A DNA stretch of 60,881 nt, filler included, from Sphacelaria rigidula (taxonomy: Eukaryota), in NCBI GenBank assembly GCA_964200075.2. It is 8 parts of 8 records of this genome, joined end to end, with 100 filler letters (N's around TTAATTAATTAA, not from the genome) between each part and the next. Parts side by side here need not be neighbours in the genome. Positions count along the whole stretch, not along the records: positions 7,624 to 15,146 come from CAXNAA020014520.1; positions 15,247 to 22,769 come from CAXNAA020014521.1; positions 22,870 to 30,392 come from CAXNAA020014522.1; 5 more parts are not named here. One strand, given 5' to 3'. The notes under the pieces are model-generated. The model was not told the origin of the DNA and did no database searches. It saw nothing but the letters and a program-made list of their open reading frames with translations. The stretch's first letter is position 1. Each line of letters opens with the position of its first letter. Both the position numbers and the translations under genes were made by a program. Below, piece by piece: positions 12,525 through 23,888 of the stretch.

Positions 12525-14458
12525 GAGAAACTCATTAAAAATCACGCACGAGAAAGATTTTTCTTCTGTTCATCATGTACATGGGAACTTGGGGGGGTTG
12601 AGAAAGAGAGAGAGAGAGAGAGATGAGGGGGCGATAAGGGAGAGGAGGGAGATAGGAAAGGGGGCATGGTTTATCTTGTGTTTTTTCTTTCGGTCCGGTA
12701 AAGTATGCTCTAGTGTTATCGAGTTGAAGAGGGCGATTTTGTGAAACTGCAATCGAGGTTATTCTGAAAATCTTTTGTTTTTCGAGTTGCATTAACGGCA
12801 GGCGGTTGCCGAGTCGATCCGTTTTTTTAATTTATGGTCATCATGGATTATGATATATGGCATCATGAATTATGATGACCCTTTCCAGTGAATACGCCAC
12901 GCTATCTTGACGCAAGTGCCAACTTGAAGTAAGCTGCAAGAGACGATCGGCGTGTCTGTGGTGTCCGACGGATATGGGATATCATTATGGTTGGAGCCTG
13001 TGTGTACGTGCTCTAAGCCTCGACGATGGTTGTGTGGTGTAAGTCCCCGCGGCTACAGACGAGTCGTACGTGGTGTACGACAGCTATGCAGCGGGGTAAT
13101 ACATCCTTGTCCTCGACCTTTTTGTTTTTTGTTTTTTTCCTTGTCACTTCCTCTCCTGGTTGGTAAACATTCGTCGGTAGGAGACAAGCGACCAGCGGTG
13201 AGTACTGTTACATGGCTGTCTGTTTCGCGGGCACGGCATCGCCGTTGTGTTCACCTTTTCCCCTGTGTTGGCAGCGTGCCGTTGCGGTGCGTAACGTATA
13301 GTCAGGTCTGTGGTGGAGTAATATGTACAAGTCTTTCTGTCGTAGCTCAGCTTAGTGTTATAATTGCTTATTCATACGCATCGGCATCAATTTCCGTGTG
13401 CACCTGTACACTGTGTACACATGTTTTAATTCGTTTTCCTCCTTGGGGGGGAATGGGGGGGGTGCATTCGAGACTGTTTATTACTGGCTCGGATATATAC
13501 GTGAAAGCGGGTTTAAGGTAGTGGAAACGATGTACTTTTTGTCCAAGTCATTGAGCCTGGTTTCTGATTGTCCTGGGTAAGGTATTGAGTTTCCGATACC
13601 GATATGGTGTGTGTGTTGTGGGTGTAGGTATATATATATATATATATATATACATATATTTATGGTGATGTAAAAAAAAGAGTTAGGACACTTTTTGCAG
13701 TGTACGGAGCATGCGCCAATATGCGAGACATCCGTCAAGGCGGGGGGGGGGGGAAGCAGGGCAGGATACTTGATCGGTGACGATACTTGCTTTCTGTAAT
13801 ATGCCAGTGCAGCGTTCGTGTGTGTGTGTGTGTGAGTGCGTATGCGTGTGCGTGTGTCATGATATGCACTCGTGTATTGTTGACATGTTGTAGGGATCGG
13901 CTTTGGAGATCGTAAAATATTAGAGCGGGGCCGACCTGCGCAACGAGTCTTCAACGCTTCACGACTTACAACCGAGAGTTGATGAAATATGATGAACAAC
14001 AGGGCGATTCAGCAGTTGGCTGCCTACCATAAAATCTCGTTCACCATCGCGGTACATCGTAATCTTGCTCCTTGTGGACTTTCGATATAGTAGAGAAGGA
14101 CCTCATGGGATGACCATGAACCGTCTCATGATGCTTCCGCAGGAGGGGGAATCAGCCTTTTGAAAGAGAACGGGCAAAAAATTGCCCCCGGTTATCTGAC
14201 TTGCCGATACAATTTTCGGGCAAAGAATCTGATTCATGAGAATCCCTGATCGACCACGGCGCGTGTCGTCATCCTGTCATTCTTGATCGCAACGTCGCCC
14301 TTGTGCGAAAGTACTTTCGATCATGTACGTCATCCAGGGGGGGAAGGGGGGTACATCATACATTTTGCGTAGTCCAGTGGGCCGTGCGGATATATTTTCA
14401 TCTCTATTCCCTCTCTCAACACCCCCTATATCTTCAGATGCTGTTCCTCGTCCACTTA

Positions 14459-14903
14459 ACACGGGACCTTACAAATTGGGGATGTATCTTTTATTGGGGA
14501 TGAGAAGTCCGGAGAATTAAAATCTCCGTATCCACACCAAATCTTCGAAACATGGTTCCATTTCTTCACCTACTGATAGTTATTGACAACTGCTGCTACA
14601 CGCCATGGAAATTTGGATTTTGATCACCGAAATTTTGGGGTCCTAGGTGAAAAAAAAATATTGAGGAATTCCGGGTGTCCGAATGGTCGCCAAAATGGTT
14701 CAGAAATTGTTTATTCAACTAGGACCCCAACATTTCGGTGATTGAAATCCAAATTTCTACGGCGCGTGGCAGTTGTCAACAGCCATCAGTAAGGGAACAA
14801 ATGGAACCATATTTTCAAGATTTAGTGTGGATACGAAGATTTTAATTCTCCGGGTTTCTCATCCCCAATTAAAGATCCATCCCCAATTTGTAGGATCCCG
14901 TGT
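14459..14903. mobile_element. MITE/foldback element of 445 bp with about 200-bp terminal inverted repeats
   Basis: acacgggaccttacaaattggggatg...ggggtcctaggtga is mirrored by tcaactaggacccc...catccccaatttgtaggatcccgtgt. Flanks are cactta / cacttc, a possible TSD. Confidence 0.9.
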
Positions 14904-15364
14904 CACTTCCCATCTTCGAGTTTGTTTTCCCCCTTATCTCTATCATCATGTATCATAGTTGTGTCTTATACCCGCCACATTCACCGATGAACATTATTAA
15001 ACAGCCTGCATTTGTTATTGAGGTTCAGCATTTTAATGAGTTTCAACTCGAAAACAGTGCTTTCCCTGACCTGAAGTCATGACCTGTGACGGTTTAAGAG
15101 ACAACCAACTAGACTACTGACAAGTCAGCGCTGACTTGTCAGTAGTNNNNNNNNNNNNNNNNNNNNNNNNNNNNNNNNNNNNNNNNNNNNTTAATTAATT
15201 AANNNNNNNNNNNNNNNNNNNNNNNNNNNNNNNNNNNNNNNNNNNNTGCTACACGCCTCTCATGTGGGCGAAATCGCTGCGAACGAGCCCAATAGTGGGA
15301 TCGCAGCCGGTTTGTCGCACGGTCTCCGGTGCACTTTTTGGGGGGGGGGCTATCTCCGCATTAG

Positions 15365-15620
15365 TCGATCCTAGGTGAAAAAACATTTCATGGGGATCTA
15401 GGTGCGATCCGGCTGCATCGCTTAAAGTCCCAACATCTTTTTTACCTGGGACCCCAAAAATTCGGTCGTCGGAATCCAAATTTTCATGACGTGTAGTAGT
15501 TGTCAATAGCTACCAGAAGATGATGAAGGAATAGAACCATATCTCGAAGAATCGGTGTGAATGCGAAGATTTTAATTCTCTGGGCTATCATCCTCAAGAA
15601 AAAGCTCCATCCTCAAAATG
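15365..15620. mobile_element. Partial, diverged second copy of the 14459-14903 MITE family (different contig)
   Basis: gggaccccaaaaattcggt...aatccaaattt...gttgtcaatagc...cgaagattttaattctc aligns with the right arm at about 14720-14880. Confidence 0.8.
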
Positions 15621-15926
15621 GATGGTCGGCTGTGCTTATTTTTTGTGCGATGGAGATCGCTATTATTTGCTTGAAAAATCCCATGACAACAGTTAGTCTC
15701 AATTTATCTAGTTCGCAGTAAACGTGGGGCGGTGCATGCCCCAAACAGCATCCGATTGATTCAAATGATAAGTAGCAGTGCCGATTTTCAACTCTCGAAA
15801 AGCAGAAAAGAAAACTGACAACAACGCGATGGAGGAAAAATTGTGAATGTTTCGAAGAAATGAAAGGAAGATGTGCATGACATGAGTTCAAAAATAGGGG
15901 GGGGGATGGACCTTTTTATCGCACGG

Positions 15927-16245
15927 TCGAGAATGACCACAAGTTGGAATGGGGAAGCATCAACGATAGCTTATGAACGTGAGCCAGAAAAGAACAATAG
16001 GTATGTGCGGGTTGACCATTTTTATAGATGAAGACGACGCTCACGGAGGGAGGCCATTTCCACCCAGTGCAACACGTTGAACCTTCGTCTCATAATCGAG
16101 AATGACCCCAAGTTGGAATGCAGATACAGTAAGCATCAACACCTACTTACGTGAGCCAGAATATACTAAAAGCGTGCTGAGTGACTTGTTTTCAGTGAGG
16201 AGAAAACGCTCATAGAAGAGTGACGTTCCCACCCAGATTCAGCAC
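15927..16245. repeat. Diverged tandem duplication with a unit of about 170 bp
   Basis: tcgagaatgacc-caagttggaatg...aagcatcaac...cgtgagccagaa...acgctca...cacccag occurs at about 15927 and about 16096. Confidence 0.75.
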
Positions 16246-16426
16246 ATACTAGTCATTCGCTCATACGACGCAACCAGCAACATATCGCCGTCACAGTATT
16301 ATGGCAAAATAGCATGCAGTATCATTTCAGCAGAAAACAGTTTTCCCAAGAGTTTAGAGTAGCTTTCAATTGAGAATGAGCTTTCATAATAATAGGAACA
16401 AGTTGTTTCCACGTGTATTTATCAAT

Positions 16427-16643
16427 TAGAGGTATCTCAAACTCGATTACCAGTTTCCTGGTTTGTTTTGCTATAATGTTTGAAGTGAAAGTGATGGTAT
16501 TTCATCAGATGATGAGACCCTTTGACCGCCAGGTTAGGTCCTCCTATGAATCGCCATAATTTTCACTTGAAAAATAGTACGATACAAAACCCAGAGCCAG
16601 CGAATAAACCGGGAAACCGGGAACCGAGTTTGAGATATCTCTA
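16427..16643. mobile_element. MITE of about 217 bp with about 45-bp TIRs, TA-flanked (Tc1/mariner-like)
   Basis: tagaggtatctcaaactcgattaccagtttcctggttt versus aaaccgggaaaccgggaaccgagtttgagatatctcta. Confidence 0.75.
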
Positions 16644-16863
16644 TATTACTAGACGAAACATTGAAATTTCCGTATGTCAGGTGTAGCGATGCCAACTCAA
16701 CATATCACCGACCCCAGCGGCCAGAGGGTTGTTGCGAATGACGTTGCGAAACGTGTAGATTTCAAGTCGTTAGCTATGCGAGTAATAAGAAAAGTGAACA
16801 ATCCGTTTTGTTGAACAAATAATAGAACAGCGGGAATGAGAATATCAACTAAACGTCGAAACA

Positions 16864-17318
16864 TGTTGGTATTAGTGTACGTGTACCCAGAAAAGGGACT
16901 GCAGGGCGGACGCCCACCGGCGTTAGCCGATGTTGTACGTGCAGCAGCAGAAGCACGGCAGTGCTCCTGAGCAGAAAGATGAGACAGTGTTGATGGTGTA
17001 AACTGGTGCTTGCGGCCAACACAGGCTGAAGGTAGACTGATGATAGTCTAGGTAGAACCTATATAGCATCCAAGGAATGCAGGATCCCTGATATGCCTGA
17101 ACAAGCAGAAGAGATCACAGAGAGTGAGCACCTATCGAAGGACGATGGGAGAAGCTCGGTAGACCTTGCTTTCTTGCTACCAGTAATTACACCGCACACG
17201 TTGCACACCGAACGTAACATAACACGCCGCTAAAGTATAACTAGGAACCACAGAGTATGGTCCATGAAGAGTGTTACTGAACATTGACTGCGGAAGAAGG
17301 AGACGCAATTCCGTAACA
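16864..17318 (-). repeat. Copia 3' LTR (455 bp), preceded on the minus strand by the polypurine tract TGAAGGGGAG (17319-17328)
   Basis: tgttggtattag...ccgtaaca, a near-identical direct repeat of 20943-21402. Confidence 0.97.
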
Positions 17319-17407
17319 CTCCCCTTCAATGAAAGTTAACTGTGACATTATTCATCTACATACTAAGTGGACACGTCATCAAAAGCACAGAACAAAAAAG
17401 CACAGAG

Positions 17408-18960
17408 CTACCATCCAAAACCCTGTATGCTTTTGACTAAGAATTGAAAACGCTGCTTGTTAAGAAACTTCGTTCCAATATCAGCCAGCTGGGTCCCCGT
17501 CGGAATGTAGTGGATGCTGAAGATGCCGTCGCCCACGAGTTCTCGCACGTAGAAAAAACGAAGAGCAATATGCTTGGTCCTTGAGCTGAATGCTTCGTTT
17601 CCAATGACATGCAGGGTAGCCGTGTTGTCGATGTCAAAAGGTACTTGTTCAAATGTTCCGAAGCCCAATGCCTTCATCATATTGGAGCAGAATACCGCTT
17701 CCTTCATGGCGAGCGCCCCAGCCACGAGCTCTGCTTCCATCATCGACATTGCCGTAAGGCTCTGTAAGCCAGTCTTGAAGCTATTACGAGCCTTGCACAG
17801 GAAAATGATGTAACATGACGTCGATTTCCCATTATCTGGGTTATTGCCCCAGTTTGCATCCGAGAATGCGTCCAGTGAAATTTTTTCACGCTTGTAAGTA
17901 ATGGTAAAGTTTTTGGTACCAGCAAGATACCTAAGTATATGCTTGGCAGCACCCATGTGCGCCTTTGCTGGCTTGGACGTAGCCCTAGCAAGCTGGCTAC
18001 ACGCGTACATAATGTCGTAGCGCGTAACTTGTGCTAAGTACATTACAGAGCCCACAACGGCTTGATACCTCTGAGTTTCCTCTTGGCCAAGATGAGTCGA
18101 CTCCGGTTGCACCGTTGAGAGTTCCGAGCCGTAGCCTGAAGTGCTCAGAGGCTTGCAGTTGCCCATTCCGAAGCGCTCGAGAATAGATTTCGTGTAGGAC
18201 TGCTGAGTAACACTTAGCATGCCCTTTGCACGATCGCGAATGATTTCCATCCCAAAAACGAGTGACACGTCCCCAAGGTCGCTCATCTTGAACCTTTCCA
18301 TCAGTTTTTTCTTGATGCCGTTTATGACGGCGAGATCGCTTCCTACGATAAGTAAGTCGTCAACATACAGCGTGATGATGAGGGTGGTGCTTTCACGCTT
18401 GTAGATGTAGACGCATCTGTCCGATTTGAGCGGAACAAAGCTGATTTCGATCAACACTGAATCGATTTTTTTCCACCAGTTGCGCGGGCTTTGAGCGAGT
18501 CCGTAAAAGCTCTTTTCCAGGTCCATGACGTACCGTGTGCCATTCTTGTTGGTTTGTACGAAACCTGGTGCCATTTCCACGAACACCTTTTCTCCCTCTT
18601 CGAACGAAGCGTACAAGAAGGCAGTGTTAACGTCCACTTGGGTCACCTCCCAATTCATCTCCGCAGCGGTGGCGAGCACCATCCGGACACTCTGAAGTCG
18701 ACACACAGGAGCGTAAGTCCCGTAGCAGTCCCTGCCGTGGATTTGATTCCAGCCCTGGGCGACAATTCTGGCCTTAAAGGTGTTGTCAGCTTTCAGCTTG
18801 AACACCCACTTTGAACCGATCACTTTGTGCCCATGAGGAACGTCGGAGTGTGGGACAAGCTTATAAACGTTGAGATCTTGAAAATATCAGCTCTTTTTCC
18901 ATCGCTGCTTCCCACTGGGGCGCCTCCGGCAAGCGTATAGCATCTTGGTAGCTAACAGGA
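17408..18960 (-). pseudogene. Copia reverse transcriptase and RNase H (open 17408 to about 18880, frameshifted at its N-terminus)
   Basis: KWVFKLK, FKARIVAQG, QVDVNTAFL, YGLAQSPRNW, LYVDDLL, DAFSDANW, RTKHI and QLADIGTK motifs. Confidence 0.96.
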
Positions 18961-18980
18961 ACTTTGATGACCCCCGATGA

Positions 18981-20420
18981 TTAGCGGCCAGAGAGCTGAG
19001 TGTTGGTAGCGGCGAAGGAATATTCGATTAATCCGGGATGCTTCTCCCTGTGGGCGACAAATTCGCCGCCTCTGTCTCCCCTGACTCGCGCCAAACGGTA
19101 CCCCGACGGGATGACGACATGTTGGTTATAGAGCTGAAGGGAGTCGACGGCGTCGGACTTCGCTTTGAGTAGATAAACCTCCGACCACTTGGTGAGTTGG
19201 TCGACAATTTTGCTGACGAACTTGAAGTTACCCAGCGCCATCGGGCGGATTTCGCCCAATATGTCAATGGTTACTAGCTGGAAGGGTAGGGTGACATAAT
19301 TGGTCGTCTGTTTCGGGTGAGGCCGCTGGGAGCTTTTCCCAGCGGCGCAAACATCGCACGACTGCAGATCGCCAGTGAACTCGACACCGGTGCCGGACAC
19401 GCGTCAAAGTATGTCCAAGTGCTTGCCGTTCAGATGTCCAACTCTACGATGCCACAGAGTAGCAGACTCCGCGCGGAAGGCCACTCCGGTGCTGTTTCTG
19501 CCATCAAAAAGATCCAACGTGGAGGAGTAAAGGTCATCCGAGACCGGCGGCGTTAGGGGCAGAACTGAGTTTTCGACCTCCAGCCTCGACCGCTCATTCG
19601 CGAAGATGGTGACCACACCCTTGCTTGCGGACGCCTTAACAGACATCAGATTCCGTCCTAAGCCAGGTACGATGATAACCGACAGGTCGATGATTACGCG
19701 ACGCTGATGGTCATCGAGGACAGTACCCCAGATGGTGCCGACACCAACACCATCCAGGACGTGACCACCTAACCCGTAAACCTTGAAAGGTTGGTTCAGG
19801 ACGACGTAGTCGCGGATGTGAGTACGCCATGCAGGCATGAGAAACGGGTCAAAGAAGTGATTCGATGAACCACTGTCTACCATAACAGTAATGCTGGAGG
19901 AAACACGGCCACTGTCCATGGCAGGCGTAGCAAGGCCAGACGCCGCCATCAAGCAAACACCAAAGGCACCGAAGAGCCCGCATGGGCTATCCGGGTCCGA
20001 TCTTGACTGCTCGACTGAAGCACCAATACGTGGGACGGGATTCCAGGCGGGGCAGGGTCGGCACTTGCCGCTGCTGTCCCGGCCGGACGTACGGCAACCG
20101 AAGGTGTCGACGACGATCCGTCAGCAGCGAAGGAGAAACCAAAAGTGGGATATGGCGGACAGGAATCCGCAGGAAGAAAGTTAGTGCCCACGTGAGCAAA
20201 GTTGGCCAGGGCAGAGGGAGCAGCAGTATGTTGATTCGCCGAAGCTGCAGTGGCAGCAGCAGGTTGTTGATTCGCCGAAGCTGCATTGGCCTGGGCAGTA
20301 GTAGCAGCAGGTTGTGGATGCGCCGCTTGCTGTTTGCGGCATTCGGCGTCTGAATGGTTCGTGGATTTATGCAACGAACACCATTTACCACCGTTGCCGC
20401 CTCCGCTTTTAGAAAAGCTC
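18981..20420 (-). pseudogene. Copia gag C-terminal remnant, protease, GAG-pre-integrase and truncated integrase, with stop/frameshift disruptions
   Basis: Knuckle-like WCSLHKSTNHSDAEC, protease MVDSGSSNHF, LWHRRVGH...CDVC zinc motif, VTIDILG and RVRGDRGGEF. Homology stops at FAATNT. Confidence 0.93.
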
Positions 20421-20942
20421 GCATCAACAACCTGCTGCTGCCACTGCAGCTTCGGCGAATTAACACACTGCTGCTCCCTCTGCCCTGGCCAACTTTGCTC
20501 CGCGACCGGCGCGCAGGCTTCAGAAATTGGGATGTCAACTACGCACACGCAAAGCCAGAAATCAATATGAACACGACGACTAGTGCGTAGAAAACAACAA
20601 CAAAAATCTATGTGCACAACTCGAAGCGTCGGATGAAAACGACGCCCAGAGAGCGCAGTCCCGAATGCTCACACACTAGCAGGAACAATCGCACCGAGTG
20701 TGTAGTGAAGGACGCCAGGTGATCATTCTGCGTCCTAGTAGAAAGCGGGTTGACTCAATGTAGATCTTCCCGCCACGTAAGCAGCCCGTGCGGCGAAGAC
20801 GCGCAGCGCAGCACCACTCGACAGCGAAATCCGCCACAAAGACGCGCAAATTTAGAACGCCGCCCCGCGGCAAAATCCACCGTGCAGCAACCGTATCAAC
20901 TACGCAGTACACAGCGCCTCGTGGCGTACGAGGCTCATAACC

Positions 20943-21402
20943 TGTTGGTATTAGTGTACGTGTACCCAGAAAAGGGACTGCAGGGCGGACGCCCACCGGC
21001 GTTAGCCGATGTTGTACGTGCAGCAGCAGAAGCACGGCAGTGCTCCTGAGCAGAAAGATGAGACAGTGTTGATGGTGTAAACTGGTGCTTGCGGCCAACA
21101 CAGGCTGATATACAGGTAGACCGATGATAGTCTAGGTAGAACCTATATAGCATCCAAGGAATGCAGGATCCCTGATATGCCTGAACAAGCAGAAGAGATC
21201 ACAGAGAGTGAGCACCTATCGAAGGACGATGGGAAAAGCTCGGTAGACCTTGCTATCTTGCTACCAGTAATTACACCGCACACGTTGCACACCAAACGTA
21301 ACATAACACGCCGCTAAAGTATAACTAGGAACCACAGAGTATGGTCCATGAAGAGTGTTACTGAACATTGACTGCGGAAGAAGGAGACGCAATTCCGAAA
21401 CA
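20943..21402 (-). repeat. Copia 5' LTR (460 bp), followed on the minus strand by PBS GGTTATGAGCC (20932-20942)
   Basis: Direct repeat of 16864-17318 with about 5 substitutions and one 5-bp indel, counted by eye. Confidence 0.97.
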
Positions 21403-21629
21403 AAACATTTCCCCCACTGATGGCACCGCTGAACATTGAGCAGGTTGCAATTACATGTCGCATGTAATGCTGTGTGTGTGTGTTGCCATCCCATCCATTC
21501 TTCTGAACGTCGGTCTATTCTAGACGTCGGTCTCCACCTGTCGGTATATGCGGGCGCACCAACCGACGTCACACAGGAAGAAGGTCAACACGGGCGTTGT
21601 ATTTCTTGTTTGTTTTTAGTTCTCCACCT

Positions 21630-21848
21630 TCCTTCTGCGGTGCTTGGCCCTATTTTATATCGCGAGGGGGGTCCAGCAGTCCCTTCCCCTCGTCGATCTT
21701 CGAGCCGTCTTGTACCCACGACATAGTCGCTCTCCACTGTTGGGCATTGTGTGAGAAGAAATTATAGGTCGCTCCAAGATTCGAACCCAAGACCCAACCG
21801 TCAAAAGGTTTCGAGGTTACCAACTGAGCCACCGGGGCGACCGGTGTA
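21630..21848 (-). mobile_element. tRNA-derived SINE
   Basis: The minus strand has A box TGGCTCAGTTGG and B box GGTTCGAATC followed by a non-tRNA body. A homologous copy lies at 49482-49705 (+). Confidence 0.8.
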
Positions 21849-23259
21849 GAATGCCTTGCAAATCAAAAACGTTCTTCTGATAAACACGTTGAATGCCAGC
21901 GTAGGGTATTAAACCGTCGTATTTTTGAAGAATCGTATTGTGGCCTTTGATTGCTTCCTGATAATATATCCAACGACTAACTCTTCGGAATGCCTATCCC
22001 TTGCCCGCAAGGGTTGGAAATCCGGGTCACGCTGTAACTTTTCAGATGAAAATGATGACGGTTCCACAAAAGGCTAAAATTGCTCACTCTCAATCAGAAG
22101 CTACACTCTCAATCTGGCAAGTTGCAAGCCTACGTACTCACGACCTTGAATTTTTGCATCACTCCTACTTATTGTCCATGCCCACTTATCCTTCATCTAT
22201 GCCCACAAAAGCACCTTTCAACGATTGGGATCCTCAGGGCTTGTCTCAGCACTTTTTTTCGATTGAAAAAACGAGCGATGGAACAAGTGAAAAATTATCG
22301 TGTTGATGCAGTTGGGTCCGGATGGATTTTCAAGCTTCCGATCAAAAAAAGACGATGAAATTCGTGAAACGGTACATGGTCTGTACTGTTTGCACTGCTT
22401 GCAAGCAGGGTGTCTTGAGTGCTGTGTGCGTGCTTCGTGCAGGAGAAGATAAAGGGGTAGCGGACAATGTGCAGTACAGACAGCCTAGGACTATCATTTC
22501 TCTCTGCTTACAATGCGATGTGAAAAGGACTTCAGCAACGTGCAGCTTTGTACTGCCTGCATCATCCATGAGCGTGCACGCAACTCGATTGCCCACCGTA
22601 CCGCACGCACTTCCGTCCCTGATGACCACCATGAGAGAAGATGTGCAAGTTTTCGCCAACAAAAAATAAACAAAGCACTACCCAACTACTGCAGTATATC
22701 CATCCCTCTGCTCAACTCGCGCTCTATGCTGCAGGGTTGCGGTGGTAGCTGAGAATGAGTTGGATGGAGNNNNNNNNNNNNNNNNNNNNNNNNNNNNNNN
22801 NNNNNNNNNNNNNTTAATTAATTAANNNNNNNNNNNNNNNNNNNNNNNNNNNNNNNNNNNNNNNNNNNNCCCCGTTTTTCACCCTTCCCCCCCCCCACCC
22901 CTCTCCGCTCCTTTTTTTTTTTCCCTTGCCCCCCCCCCCCCCCCCCCTCCCCCCGCCGCCGGAAGGAGCCTGGCTCTGTCTTCTTATCTATTGTATTCCT
23001 TTTTATACGTTCTATTATTTCATTTTTATTTTCTTCCATTTTTCTTTCATTTTTTTCATGTTTCTTCTTTTTTTTCATCTGATCACGAGCTGGAGTGTTG
23101 CGATCAGCCACGTAATGCGCGATCATCATTTTTTTTTTTTTTCGTGCTTGTGTTTGTGTCAGTGTACGTGTTTACCGTTATTTTGTTGTTATTGCTGTTG
23201 TTATTTGTTTTTGTTGTTTGTCGTTGTCGGTGGTGTTTTTTGTTGTCACCGCTGCCCCC

Positions 23260-23416
23260 TTTGTTTCCTTTCTGAGGCCGTTGCGTCTGTCGTTTTCTGT
23301 TCCTTTCTTTATTTTTTATTTTTTTATTATCATGTTTTATTTTTGCTGCTCCTGACCATGGGCTGGATTGTTGCAATCAGCCGATGTGAGATAATCAATC
23401 AATCAATCAATCAATC
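23260..23416 (+). mobile_element. LINE/SINE 3' end with (ATCA)n tail; a shorter copy at about 7149-7206
   Basis: gaccatgggctggattgttgcaatcagc...gtgagataatcaatcaatcaatc. The same type of tail ends the LINE at 58124. Confidence 0.65.
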
Positions 23417-23491
23417 CGAAACAGCGCACGTTCGTACCCGAACATCGACGTCTTCTGTTCAAAACATTGATGGCCATCTCCTCCAACTCAC

Positions 23492-23785
23492 ATTCCTAAA
23501 ATTGTGGACGTTGACGCCGGGTAATCGCATGAGCAGCTCCTTCGCTGTCGATGATGCATCGTCGCCCCCTCCTGCATCGTCCTCGCCCCCGCCTCCTGCT
23601 GCTAAAGCCTTGGCCACGTCTACCGGGGCGTTGTTTTTCATGAGCTCCTTGAACATATCGGCTGTGGCGTGCTCAGATCTACAAAACAAAATCAGAAATA
23701 AAAACAGGAGAGAGAAGAAGACGGCAGAACGATTGAAGAGTACAGGTGAAGGAACCGAACCAGAAACGGCAACAGCAACAGCACC

Positions 23786-23816
<31 letters not shown>

Positions 23817-23818
23817 CC

Positions 23819-23888
<70 letters not shown>

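Larger units (their letters stand above)
16864..21402 (-). mobile_element. Ty1/Copia LTR retrotransposon with complete ends, internally deleted and non-autonomous (4539 bp)
   Basis: Two TG...CA LTRs, a 5-bp TSD AAACA (16859-16863 and 21403-21407), a PBS and a PPT. Domain order on the minus strand is gag remnant-protease-integrase-RT-RNase H. Confidence 0.98.

Noticed and set aside
15113..15146. Perfect 34-bp palindrome actactgacaagtcagcgctgacttgtcagtagt
   Set aside because: It ends exactly at a contig end, which is typical of an assembler fold-back or break. It cannot be called biological without reads.
21760..21848. tRNA gene
   Set aside because: A and B boxes are present, but there is no convincing cloverleaf, and the sequence continues into a shared non-tRNA body in two copies. 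It is a SINE head.
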